DNA of 32,000 nucleotides, taken from NCBI RefSeq assembly GCF_000021865.1, contig NC_014034.1, positions 1,890,001 to 1,922,000 of the forward strand. The letters are read 5' to 3'. The notes beneath the pieces are model-generated. The model was given only the letters and a program-made list of their open reading frames with translations, was not told the DNA's origin and searched no databases. Numbering within the stretch: the stretch's first letter is position 1; every line of letters begins with the position of its first letter. This DNA comes from Rhodobacter capsulatus SB 1003 (lineage in GTDB: Bacteria > Pseudomonadota > Alphaproteobacteria > Rhodobacterales > Rhodobacteraceae). Positions 16,751-25,030 of this stretch are shown here, in pieces. Position numbers and translations under genes: made by a program.

Positions 16751-17133
16751 AGCCGACCCACCACGGCTTCGATGCAGCCGCGCAGTTCCTGCGGCGTGAA
16801 GGGCTTCTTCAGGAAGTTGTTCATCCCCAGACGCTTGCCGGTGTCGATGATTTCGCGATCGGCGCGGCCGGTGATCAGGATGAAGCCGAGCCCCTTGGTG
16901 CGCTGATTGCTGCGCAGCGCATGCAGCAGCTGCAGCCCGTCCATGCCGGGCATGTTGTAATCCGAGATCACCAGATGCACCGGCGTCTTTTCGAGGATCT
17001 GCAGCGCCCGCGGCCCGTCGGTCGCATAACCGACCTGCCGGATCCCCATCGCGTCCAGGGCTTGCGTGATCAGACCTCGGCTGGTGGACATGTCGTCCAC
17101 CACCATGACCCTCAATTGATCTCTCAGTGCCAT
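16747..17133 (-). CDS. cheY: Chemotaxis response regulator CheY (128 aa, operon-distal copy)
   Basis: VMVVDDMSTSRGL...LVISDYNMPGMDG...ILITGRA...KKPF. The ATG at 17133 overlaps the cheR 3' end by 10 nt. Confidence 0.9.
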   Translation of the reverse strand: MALRDQLRVMVVDDMSTSRGLITQALDAMGIRQVGYATDGPRALQILEKTPVHLVISDYNMPGMDGLQLLHALRSNQRTKGLGFILITGRADREIIDTGKRLGMNNFLKKPFTPQELRGCIEAVVGRL

Positions 17134-18002
17134 TTCGGGCCTCCGATCGGGCTTTCCGCTTTGGGAAGCTTGTAAGTTGTGATGCCGGCTGTCGAGAGCT
17201 GGCAGGGCGGGTCGAGCGGGACGCGTTCGGAATGACCGACGAAGAGCCATCCGCGCGGGGTGAGCACCGATTCAAAGCGACGCCAGAGGCGGAGCTGATC
17301 TTCCGGGCTGAAATAGATCACGACATTGCGGCAAAAGACGACGTCGAACCGGCCACGCATCGGCCAGGTCGCATCGTGCAGGTTCAGTTCGCGGAACGAC
17401 ACCAGGTTGCGCAGCATCGGCACGATATGGACGCCGTCGCTTTCGACGGTGACAAAACGCTGCAGCGGCTTCGGGATCGTCGCGAGCGTGTTCTCTTCAT
17501 AGACCGCCGCGCGACCGCGGGCGATCATCTGCGGATCGATGTCGGTGGCCAGCAACCGGATGTCGAGCCGGGCCAGGTCCTGCGCCATGTCGGCAAGCAC
17601 CATCGCGATCGAGAACACTTCCTGCCCGGTCGAACAGCCTGCCGACCAGATCCGGACCTTCTTGCCCGCGCGCGCCTGTTCGATCAGCGGCGGCAAGGTC
17701 GTCGAGCGCAGGGTCTCGAAGTGATGGTTTTCGCGGAAGAACTGCGTGACATTCGTGGTCAGGGCAGAGACCATCGCACGCCGTTCCTCGTGGCCCTCGT
17801 CCGAGGTGATCAGGCGGATGTAGCTGCCATAATCCTTCAGCCCAAGGGCGCGCAGGCGTTTGCCAAGCCGCGACTGCACCATCGAGGTCTTCCCCGGTGC
17901 AAGGACGATCCCGGCCTGCTCATAGAGAACGCGGGCGATCGCCGTCAGTTCGCTTTCGCTCGGAGCGGGCGGAACCGCCAGGTGGGGTTGATGCTGGGTC
18001 AT
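17124..18002 (-). CDS. cheR: Chemotaxis protein methyltransferase
   Basis: CheR N-terminal helical domain (FFRENHHFETL) plus a SAM-binding fold (IWSAGCSTGQEVFSIA, FCRNVVIYF). ATGA overlap with cheW. Confidence 0.93.
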   Translation of the reverse strand: MTQHQPHLAVPPAPSESELTAIARVLYEQAGIVLAPGKTSMVQSRLGKRLRALGLKDYGSYIRLITSDEGHEERRAMVSALTTNVTQFFRENHHFETLRSTTLPPLIEQARAGKKVRIWSAGCSTGQEVFSIAMVLADMAQDLARLDIRLLATDIDPQMIARGRAAVYEENTLATIPKPLQRFVTVESDGVHIVPMLRNLVSFRELNLHDATWPMRGRFDVVFCRNVVIYFSPEDQLRLWRRFESVLTPRGWLFVGHSERVPLDPPCQLSTAGITTYKLPKAESPIGGPKWH

Positions 18003-18475
18003 GCCGCCTCGGCGTTCTCATCAGGCAACACCGCGCTGAGGTCGAGGACCCGGATCATCCGGCCGTCGACGATGGTCAGCGCCTCGATGAAGCTGTGGGC
18101 GCAATCGGCGGCCAGCTCCGGCGGCGGTTGCAGTTCGGTGCGCGGCAGCGCCAGGATGTCGGAGACCGCGTTGACCAGAAGGCCGGCGGTCTGCGAGCCC
18201 ACCTGCACCACGATGATGACATTGCGGGCATCGCCCACCACCGGTTCCATGCCGAGCCGGACCGAGAGATCGACCACCGGCAGCACGGTGCCGCGCAGGT
18301 TGATCACGCCGCGCACATGCATGGGCGCATGCGGCAGCGGCGTCGCCCGGGTCCAGCCGCGGATTTCGCGCACGGACATGATGTCGACGCTGTATTCTTC
18401 TTCCGCAAGCCGGAATGACAGGAGTTCGACTTCGGAGGAGTTTTGCGAGCTTTTTTCCAGGGTCATGGCGGTCAT
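17999..18475 (-). CDS. cheW: Chemotaxis coupling protein CheW
   Basis: LLSFRLAEEEYSVDIMSVREI...VINLRGTVLPVVDL. ATGA overlap with the cheA stop. Confidence 0.92.
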   Translation of the reverse strand: MTAMTLEKSSQNSSEVELLSFRLAEEEYSVDIMSVREIRGWTRATPLPHAPMHVRGVINLRGTVLPVVDLSVRLGMEPVVGDARNVIIVVQVGSQTAGLLVNAVSDILALPRTELQPPPELAADCAHSFIEALTIVDGRMIRVLDLSAVLPDENAEAA

Positions 18476-20679
18476 CCTGCAAGAGCGAAGGCTGGGCTCC
18501 GGGTACGTCCGGAAGCGTTTTGAACAAGATCGGGCGGGTCGAGGATCAGGGCGATCTGACCATCGCCGAGGATGGTGGCGGCGGCAACGCCGGGGATATG
18601 GCCATAGCTGCGTTGCAGCCCCTTGATCACCACCTGCCGCTGTTCGAGGATCGAGTCGACGACAAGGGCGGAGCGGGTGCCGTTTTCCTGCGCCGTGAGC
18701 AGCACGATGCCGCCCGCATAGCTGGATTTCGGCGCCCGGTAGCCAAGTTCCGCCCCGAGGTCATAAAGCGGCACGAAGGCGCCCCGGACATGGATGACAT
18801 TGGTGTTCGGACCCAGCGCGCGGATATCCTCGTCGGTCAGCGTCGCGGTTTCCAGGATCGCCGAGAGCGGCACCACCAGGGTTTCGCCCGCGACATTCAC
18901 CACCATGCCGTCCAGCACGGCCAGCGTCAGCGGCAGCGAGATCGAGAAGCGCGTGCCCTTGCCGGGTTCGGAATGGATGGTGATCCGACCGCCGAGCGAC
19001 TGGATCGCCTGACGCACCACATCCATGCCGACGCCGCGGCCCGACAGCGCCGAGACCTGATCCGCCGTCGAAAAGCCGGGCAGGAACAGCAGGTTGTCGA
19101 TCTCGCTGTCGCTCAGCTGCGCATCCGGCGGGATCAGCCCCTTGGAGATGGCGATCTCGCGCACTTTCGGACGGTTGATCCCGGCGCCGTCATCGGCAAC
19201 CTCGATCACCACCCGGCCCGAGCGATGCTGGGCCGAGAGCGTGATCACCCCTTCGGCGGTCTTGCCCGCGGCGCGGCGTTTGTCCGGCCGCTCGAGCCCG
19301 TGATCGACCGCGTTGCGAATCATGTGGGTCAGCGGATCGGCCAGCCGTTCGATCACCGTCTTGTCGACTTCGGTCGCTTCGCCCTCGGTGCGCAGACGCA
19401 CCTCCTTGCCGACGGCGCCCGAGGCTTCGCGCACGATCCGCGCCATGCGCTGGAACAGCGGCTTCACCGGCTGGGCGCGAATCATCATCACGCTGTCCTG
19501 GATGTCGCGGGTCAGCATCATGAAGGCTTCAAGCCCGGTCATCACCGCCGAATTCGGCGGCAGCCCGGCCTCGGCCACGCTTTGCGCCAGCATCGCCTGG
19601 TTGATCACCAGCTCGCCCACGAGGTTGACCAGCCGGTCGATGCGGTCGAGATCGACCCGCACCGTCGCCGAGGGCTCGGAAGCGGCTTCCCGCGGGGCCG
19701 CGCCGCCAGCCGGGGCCGCCGTCTGGTCAACCGCGACAAAAGGGGGCGGAGGGACCTCGGCCCGGGGTTCGGACTTGGGCAGGGGGACGACCTCGGCCTG
19801 CGGCGCCGGAGCGGGGGCGAGCGGAACCGGATCTTGCGGATCCTGCGCCAGCGGCGGCAGATCGGGCAGGCCGGGGGCGCCGAAATCGGGCAGCGAGAAC
19901 CCGCCCGCATCGGCCGACGCGGTTTCCGCCGCGCCCTGGGTGATTTCGATCTCGCAGACATCCTCGACGAAGTCGAACACCTCGCGGATGTCGAAATCGG
20001 TGACGTCACCGGCGATTTCGACCGTCCAGTCGAGCCAGGAGCTTTCGGGATCGAGCGTTTCAAGCGGCGGCAGGCGCGACAGATCGCAGCGCATGGTGCA
20101 GCTGCCGAGCTTGCCGAGCGCGCGCAGCAGGTGCAGCGGCTCGTTGCCCGAGCTGTAAAGCGCGGCCGAGGGCCGGAACCGCACCGTCCAGACCGGGGTC
20201 GACGGGGTTTCCTCGACCGGGCCGAAATCGAAGGCGAGCCCCATCGGCTGGAAATCCGTCACCTCTTCCTCGACCACCGGACCGGCCCCGCCGCCGATCA
20301 GCGCTTCAAGCGCGACGAGGCAGTCTTCCGAGCCATCCGGCGGCGGAGCCGCGTCGCGGGCGGCGCGGACATGGTCTTGCAGGAAGTCGGCCGCCTGGAA
20401 GAACAGCTTCATCGCCTCGGGCGTGATCGTCATGCGGCCGGAGCGCAGCTCGTCCAGAACGGTTTCGTAGCGGTGGGCAAAGCCGACCAGCGCATCGAGA
20501 CCGAAGGCCCCCGCGCCGCCCTTGATGGAATGGACCGCGCGAAAGACGATGTTGATCGTCTCGTTGTCATGGTTGCCCTCGTCCATGTCGGAGAGCGCAT
20601 CCTGCAGGCTTTCGAGCAGTTCTTCGCATTCGACGAAGAAACTGGCCCGGATTTCTGCCATCGGGTCCGTTGCCATCAC
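18472..20679 (-). CDS. cheA: Chemotaxis histidine kinase CheA
   Basis: HPt P1 (FRAVHSIKGGAGAFG), a Pro-rich linker/P2 region, dimerisation and HATPase domains (DPLTHMIRNAVDHG, DDGAGI, GRGVGMDVV), and a P5 CheW-like domain. The start is GTG at 20679 or ATG at 20676, after SD AAGGAG. Confidence 0.95.
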   Translation of the reverse strand: MMATDPMAEIRASFFVECEELLESLQDALSDMDEGNHDNETINIVFRAVHSIKGGAGAFGLDALVGFAHRYETVLDELRSGRMTITPEAMKLFFQAADFLQDHVRAARDAAPPPDGSEDCLVALEALIGGGAGPVVEEEVTDFQPMGLAFDFGPVEETPSTPVWTVRFRPSAALYSSGNEPLHLLRALGKLGSCTMRCDLSRLPPLETLDPESSWLDWTVEIAGDVTDFDIREVFDFVEDVCEIEITQGAAETASADAGGFSLPDFGAPGLPDLPPLAQDPQDPVPLAPAPAPQAEVVPLPKSEPRAEVPPPPFVAVDQTAAPAGGAAPREAASEPSATVRVDLDRIDRLVNLVGELVINQAMLAQSVAEAGLPPNSAVMTGLEAFMMLTRDIQDSVMMIRAQPVKPLFQRMARIVREASGAVGKEVRLRTEGEATEVDKTVIERLADPLTHMIRNAVDHGLERPDKRRAAGKTAEGVITLSAQHRSGRVVIEVADDGAGINRPKVREIAISKGLIPPDAQLSDSEIDNLLFLPGFSTADQVSALSGRGVGMDVVRQAIQSLGGRITIHSEPGKGTRFSISLPLTLAVLDGMVVNVAGETLVVPLSAILETATLTDEDIRALGPNTNVIHVRGAFVPLYDLGAELGYRAPKSSYAGGIVLLTAQENGTRSALVVDSILEQRQVVIKGLQRSYGHIPGVAAATILGDGQIALILDPPDLVQNASGRTRSPAFALAG

Positions 20680-20686
20680 GCTCTCC

Positions 20687-21052
20687 TTAGCCGGTAACCA
20701 TTTGCAGCGCCTTGACCAGCTTCGGCGGGTCGAAAGGCTTCACGATCCAGCCGGTCGCCCCGGCCGCACGGGCACGCGCCTTGAGTTCGGGCGCCGATTC
20801 GGTGGTCAGCACCAGGATCGGCGTCGCCCGGTGCTTGTCTTGCGCCCGCACCGCCTCGATGAAGCCGAAGCCGTCGAGGCGCGGCATGTTGATGTCGGAA
20901 ATGATCGCATCGGGGGCGATTCCATCGAGCACCTCGAGCCCGTGGACCCCGTCCTCGGCAAGGTGCAACGTGATCCCCGCGTCGGTCAGAGCGAGTTTCA
21001 GCATGTCGCGGATGGTGCGGCTGTCATCGACCGCCAGAACAGTCAGGCTCAT
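20687..21052 (-). CDS. cheY: Chemotaxis response regulator CheY (121 aa, operon-proximal copy)
   Basis: VLAVDDSRTIRDML...IISDINMPRLDG...LVLTTES...VKPF. ATGA overlap with the upstream STAS gene. Confidence 0.93.
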   Translation of the reverse strand: MSLTVLAVDDSRTIRDMLKLALTDAGITLHLAEDGVHGLEVLDGIAPDAIISDINMPRLDGFGFIEAVRAQDKHRATPILVLTTESAPELKARARAAGATGWIVKPFDPPKLVKALQMVTG

Positions 21053-21324
21053 GCGGCCTCTCCGGTTTGAAGATCCGCGGCGGAGACACCGAAGACGGCA
21101 AGAGCGTCGTCGAAAGCCTCCGAGCGCGGCGTGATGATGAGGGAAGTTCCGGCCTGCCGGGCGCTTTTGGCGGCGGAAGCGAGGACTTGCAGCGCAAGAC
21201 CGCCCAGATGGGTGACGGCCGAGGCATCAAGGACGAGATCGGTTCCGGTCGCACCGCGCAAGGCCGTGGCGAGCGGTGTGACCTGAGACAGGTCGAGCCG
21301 GGAGGCGAGGGCAATCGTGGTCAT
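21049..21324 (-). CDS. STAS-domain protein (91 aa), first gene of the che operon; CheS/CheX(alpha)-like
   Basis: LVLDASAVTHLGGLALQVLASAAKSARQAGTSLIITPRSEAFDDALAVFG fits the SpoIIAA/STAS pattern. Its position matches S. meliloti cheS and Caulobacter cheX. SD GAGGT. Confidence 0.75.
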   Translation of the reverse strand: MTTIALASRLDLSQVTPLATALRGATGTDLVLDASAVTHLGGLALQVLASAAKSARQAGTSLIITPRSEAFDDALAVFGVSAADLQTGEAA

Positions 21325-21408
21325 TCCGACCTCGCCAAAATATGGGTTTGGAAAACGGACACGTGTTCCCCTTTCATTCCTGCATGAAAGAGGTCTACCG
21401 GCTGCGGG

Positions 21409-21424
21409 TTAAATAAGGTTTGAC
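21409..21424. promoter_or_regulatory. CtrA-box-like site TTAA-N7-TTGAC upstream of the che operon
   Basis: ttaa ataaggt ttgac has one mismatch to TTAA-N7-TTAAC. It lies 85-100 bp upstream of the STAS-gene ATG, in the AT-richest patch of this intergenic region. Confidence 0.3.
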
Positions 21425-21471
21425 GACACAGGGTTTTTCCGCCCCAACCTGTCGCCTTTTACGGAGTTCGC

Positions 21472-22449
21472 TCAGATCCGCGGCGCGAGCGCGTGCAGAT
21501 GGGCGGCACAACCGACAAGCGCGGCGTAATCATCCTCGATCACCCGCAGCGGGAAAGCGGCGAGAAAGTCGGAAAACCGGCCCTTGGCCTGCATCGCGGC
21601 GGCGAGTCCGAACTCGGCGAGCAGCGGGGTGAAGGCGCGGGCGACGCCGCCGCACAGATGGATGCCGCCGAAGGGCAGGTGGATCAGCGCCAGATCGCCC
21701 ACGACCGCGCCCAGATGGCGCACGAAGATGCGCGCGGTTTCAAGGCCAAGCGGGCTGCGGGCGGTGATCTCGGCCATCACCTCGGCGGCGGTGCGGCTGT
21801 GCGGCTGCCCGGCCTCGGCGGCGGCGAAGGCGAAGACGCGTTCCAGACCGCGGCCCGAGAGCACGTCCTCGACCGCAGCAAAACCATGCGCCGCCTCGAC
21901 AAAGCGCATCAGGCGGATGTCTTCGTCCGTCACCGTGGGCAAGGTGATGTGGCCGCATTCCGAGGCGGTGACGATGCGTCCGCCCGGGGCCTCGTGCACG
22001 GGGGCGGCGTTGAAGCCGGTGCCGACGCCGATGACAAGCTGCGCCGAGCCGGGCCGCGCGGGCTGACCGGGCAGCACGGTCGCCACCGCGTCCGGGGCGA
22101 GATGGCCCAGCGCATGGCCCTGCGCCTGCAGATCGTTCAGCACGGCGACCGTCTCGGCCCCGGTGACACGGGCGATGGCGGCGCTTTCGATCACCCAGGA
22201 CAGATTGGTCATATGCGCCGTGCCATCGCGGACCGGACCGGCGGCGGCGACGCAGGCGCCTGCCAGATCGGAGACGCCCTCGGTCTGCATATAGGCGGCC
22301 AGGATCGGCTCCAGCGCGGGTTGGCCCGCATTGGCATAGCGGCGGATCGATTCGGGCAGGAGCCGCCCGTGCTCGGAGAGCGCCACCCGGGTGTTGGTGC
22401 CGCCGATATCGGCCAGAAGCGCATAACGGTTCGGGGTGGCGGTGATCAT
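21472..22449 (-). CDS. glk: Glucokinase
   Basis: ALLADIGGTNTRVAL ATP-binding motif with Glk-family length and similarity. The ATG at 22449 lies 1 nt after the beta-glucosidase stop. Confidence 0.88.
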   Translation of the reverse strand: MITATPNRYALLADIGGTNTRVALSEHGRLLPESIRRYANAGQPALEPILAAYMQTEGVSDLAGACVAAAGPVRDGTAHMTNLSWVIESAAIARVTGAETVAVLNDLQAQGHALGHLAPDAVATVLPGQPARPGSAQLVIGVGTGFNAAPVHEAPGGRIVTASECGHITLPTVTDEDIRLMRFVEAAHGFAAVEDVLSGRGLERVFAFAAAEAGQPHSRTAAEVMAEITARSPLGLETARIFVRHLGAVVGDLALIHLPFGGIHLCGGVARAFTPLLAEFGLAAAMQAKGRFSDFLAAFPLRVIEDDYAALVGCAAHLHALAPRI

Positions 22450-22450
22450 G

Positions 22451-23779
22451 TTAGCGCTCCAAAGCCTTCTTGATCGCGTGATAAGATGCCTTGGGGGTGC
22501 GCTGCAAGCTTTCGAAATCGACATGGACAAGACCGAAGCGGCCGGAATAGCCCTCGGCCCATTCGTAATTGTCCAGAAGCGACCAGGCGTAATAGCCCGC
22601 AAGCGGCACCCCCGCAGCGATGGCGGCGCGGCAGGCCTGCAGATGCGCGGCCAGATAGGCGATGCGGTCCGCGTCGAGGCAGTGGCCGTCGCGCAGCCGG
22701 TCCTCGGCCGCCATGCCGTTTTCGGTGATGTAAAGCGGTGTCGCGCCGGTGTAGTCGCGCTGCAGCCGGATCAGAAGATGGCTCAGCCCCTCGGGACAGA
22801 TTTCCCAGCCCAAAGCGGTTTTGGGCAACGGGCCGGGGAGTTCCGCCGTGCCGGGCCAGGGACCGGCGGCGGGGCCGATGCGCTTGGCGGTGTAATAGTT
22901 GATGCCGAACCAGTCCAAAGGTGCGGTGATGGTGGGGAAATCCTGCTCCCAGCCCTTGGGCAGATGCGGGGAAAAGCCTTCGAGAACCTCTTCGGGGTAG
23001 CGGCCCTGAAACATCGCCTCGATGAAGAAGCGGTTGAAGATCGCGTCGTAACGCCTTGTGGCAAGATGACATTCCGGGCTGTCTTCGGCGGGCAGGGCAT
23101 GTTCGAAATTGCACACGGCGCCAAGGTTGCTGACCCCTTCGGCGCGCAGAACGCCGATCGCCGTGCCATGGGCCAGACAGAGGTGATGCATCGCCCGCGC
23201 CGTCGCGCGGATGTCGCGCAGCCCCGGCGCATGCAGGCCAAGGAAATGCGAGAGCCACCCCACGCACCAGGGCTCGTTGATCGGCGCAACCGACCAGAGC
23301 CGGTCGCCCAGCCGCTGCGCGATGATGCGGGTGAAATCGCCAAACCACTGCGCCACGTCGCGGTTGCGCCAGCCGCCCAGATCGGAGAGCGCCGCGGGCA
23401 GTTCCCAATGGTACAGCGTCAGCGCCGGTTTCAGCCCGCGTTCCAGCATCCCATCGACCAGACGGTCGTAGAAATCGAGCCCTTCGGGGTTCACCGCGCC
23501 GCGGCCCTCGGGCAGGACGCGGGCCCAGGAGGTGGAAAAGCGATAGGACTCAAACCCCGCCGCCGCCACAAGGTCAAGATCCTCGGCCCAGCGGTGATAG
23601 TGATCACAGGCGCGGGCGCCGGTTTCCGCCCCCTTCACATTGCCCGGCGTTGCGGCGAATGTGTCCCAATGCGTCGGGCCTGCGCCGCCGAAGCCATGCC
23701 CCTCGATCTGATACGACGAGGTGGCGGCACCGAACAGGAAGCCTTGCGGAAAGGCCTGGCGCGGGGGCAGGGCGGTCAT
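22451..23779 (-). CDS. GH1 beta-glucosidase
   Basis: FLFGAATSSYQIEG, the acid/base motif INEPW and the nucleophile motif ITENG. ATGA overlap with the LacI-family gene. Confidence 0.93.
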   Translation of the reverse strand: MTALPPRQAFPQGFLFGAATSSYQIEGHGFGGAGPTHWDTFAATPGNVKGAETGARACDHYHRWAEDLDLVAAAGFESYRFSTSWARVLPEGRGAVNPEGLDFYDRLVDGMLERGLKPALTLYHWELPAALSDLGGWRNRDVAQWFGDFTRIIAQRLGDRLWSVAPINEPWCVGWLSHFLGLHAPGLRDIRATARAMHHLCLAHGTAIGVLRAEGVSNLGAVCNFEHALPAEDSPECHLATRRYDAIFNRFFIEAMFQGRYPEEVLEGFSPHLPKGWEQDFPTITAPLDWFGINYYTAKRIGPAAGPWPGTAELPGPLPKTALGWEICPEGLSHLLIRLQRDYTGATPLYITENGMAAEDRLRDGHCLDADRIAYLAAHLQACRAAIAAGVPLAGYYAWSLLDNYEWAEGYSGRFGLVHVDFESLQRTPKASYHAIKKALER

Positions 23780-24825
23780 GGATTATCTTTCAGGGACAAA
23801 GGGTTGCGGGCCGGTCCTGTGGAGGCGCCGACGACGAGGACGGCCTCGAGCAGCTCCGAGGCGGGCTCGGTCGGGGGCGCCTCGATCATCCGCAGAAGCA
23901 TCGCGGCGCAGCGCCGCCCGGCCTCGCGCACCGAAGAGCGGGTGGCGGTGAAGATCGGCTCCTCGGCGCCGTTTCGCAGATAGCCCAGCTCGTCGTCATG
24001 GGTGACGATCGAGACATCGCGGCCCATCACCAGGCCTTCCTCCCACAGTGCACGCCTCACCCCCATCGCCGAGAGCAGCGAGGAGGTCAGGAAAGCCGTG
24101 GGCCGGTCGGCGCGGCGCAGCATGGCGCGGGCGGCATCATGGCCCTGCGCCTCGGTCATCTCGCCCGCCACCATCAGGGCGGGATCGGGGGTCAGATCGG
24201 CCGCGGCCAGCGCGCGCTCGAACCCGCGGCGGCGGCGCAGCGCGAAATCCATCGTCTCGATCCCGTTCACCAGCGCGATGCGGCGGTGCCCAAGGTCGAG
24301 CAGGAACCGCGTCGCCCGTTCAAAGGCGCGGGAATTGTTCACGTCGACAAAGGCATAGGGGCGGCTGATGCCGGAGGCGCGGCCATGCACGACAAAGGGC
24401 AGGCCCAGATCTTCAAGCAGCGCGATCCGCGCATCGCCCGCCCGCGGCCCGTGCAGGATGATGCCATCGACATTGCCCTTGGAGCGGATCTCGCGGTAGG
24501 CGCGGTCCTGATCGGCGTCGGGCACGATGGTCAGAACCATGTCATAGCCCGCCCGGGCATAGACCTCGCCGGCGCCGGCGATGAAATCGGCAAAGACCGG
24601 ATTGACGATCTCGTGCTGGGTCGAAATCGGGATCACATGGCCGATCGCCATCGCCCGGCCGGTGGCCAGCCGCTTCGCCTGGGTGTTCGGCCTGTAGTTG
24701 TACTGCCGCGCCGCCGCCTCGACCCGGGCCCGCGTCGCCTCGGCCACTTCGGGAAAGCCGTTCAGCGCCCGGCTGACGGTGGTCGGCGAAAGCCCCAGAT
24801 GCTGCGCGAGGTCTTTGAGGTTCAT
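23776..24825 (-). CDS. LacI/GalR-family transcriptional regulator (AglR-like)
   Basis: N-terminal HTH MNLKDLAQHLGLSPTTVSRALNG plus a periplasmic-binding-protein-like sugar-binding core. Confidence 0.9.
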   Translation of the reverse strand: MNLKDLAQHLGLSPTTVSRALNGFPEVAEATRARVEAAARQYNYRPNTQAKRLATGRAMAIGHVIPISTQHEIVNPVFADFIAGAGEVYARAGYDMVLTIVPDADQDRAYREIRSKGNVDGIILHGPRAGDARIALLEDLGLPFVVHGRASGISRPYAFVDVNNSRAFERATRFLLDLGHRRIALVNGIETMDFALRRRRGFERALAAADLTPDPALMVAGEMTEAQGHDAARAMLRRADRPTAFLTSSLLSAMGVRRALWEEGLVMGRDVSIVTHDDELGYLRNGAEEPIFTATRSSVREAGRRCAAMLLRMIEAPPTEPASELLEAVLVVGASTGPARNPLSLKDNP

Positions 24826-24849
24826 GACAGGGTCCGGCGTGACCGCGTT

Positions 24850-24863
24850 TCAAAGCGGTTTGG
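24850..24863. promoter_or_regulatory. Candidate LacI-family operator O1 (TCAAAGCGGTTTGG)
   Basis: Identical at 12 of 14 positions to the perfect palindrome at 25017-25030. It has a central CG and lies 25-38 bp upstream of the regulator ATG. Confidence 0.4.
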
Positions 24864-25016
24864 AAGAGGCCAGCGTAATCCTCTTGCCCGGGGGGCGTCA
24901 ATCGGATCGTGGCGACGGGAATAATGCTGCCGGTGCAGCATGGCGCCCTGTGAATGCTGCAGCTGCAGCGATCGCTGCGGTTGACTTTGTTTTCGCTTTG
25001 GGGGACGCTTTTGCAT

Positions 25017-25030
25017 CCAAAGCGCTTTGG
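25017..25030. promoter_or_regulatory. Candidate LacI-family operator O2 (perfect palindrome CCAAAGCGCTTTGG)
   Basis: Perfect 14-bp palindrome with a central CG, 68-81 bp upstream of the aglE ATG and about 30 bp downstream of a TTGACT -35-like hexamer (24981-24986). Confidence 0.45.

Noticed and set aside
16361-17275. 304-aa ORF spanning the small terminal che gene and the antisense or out-of-frame region of cheY
   Set aside because: The N-terminal 175 residues are Arg/Ala/Gly-rich and overlap the strongly supported cheY in another frame. Only the C-terminal 129 aa, starting at the ATG coupled to the cheY stop, looks like real protein.
21425-21471. Possible terminator after glk (cgacagg...cctgtgtcg)
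   Set aside because: The stem is interrupted and no T-tract follows. I cannot support it as a terminator, so read-through from glk into the che promoter region stays an open question.
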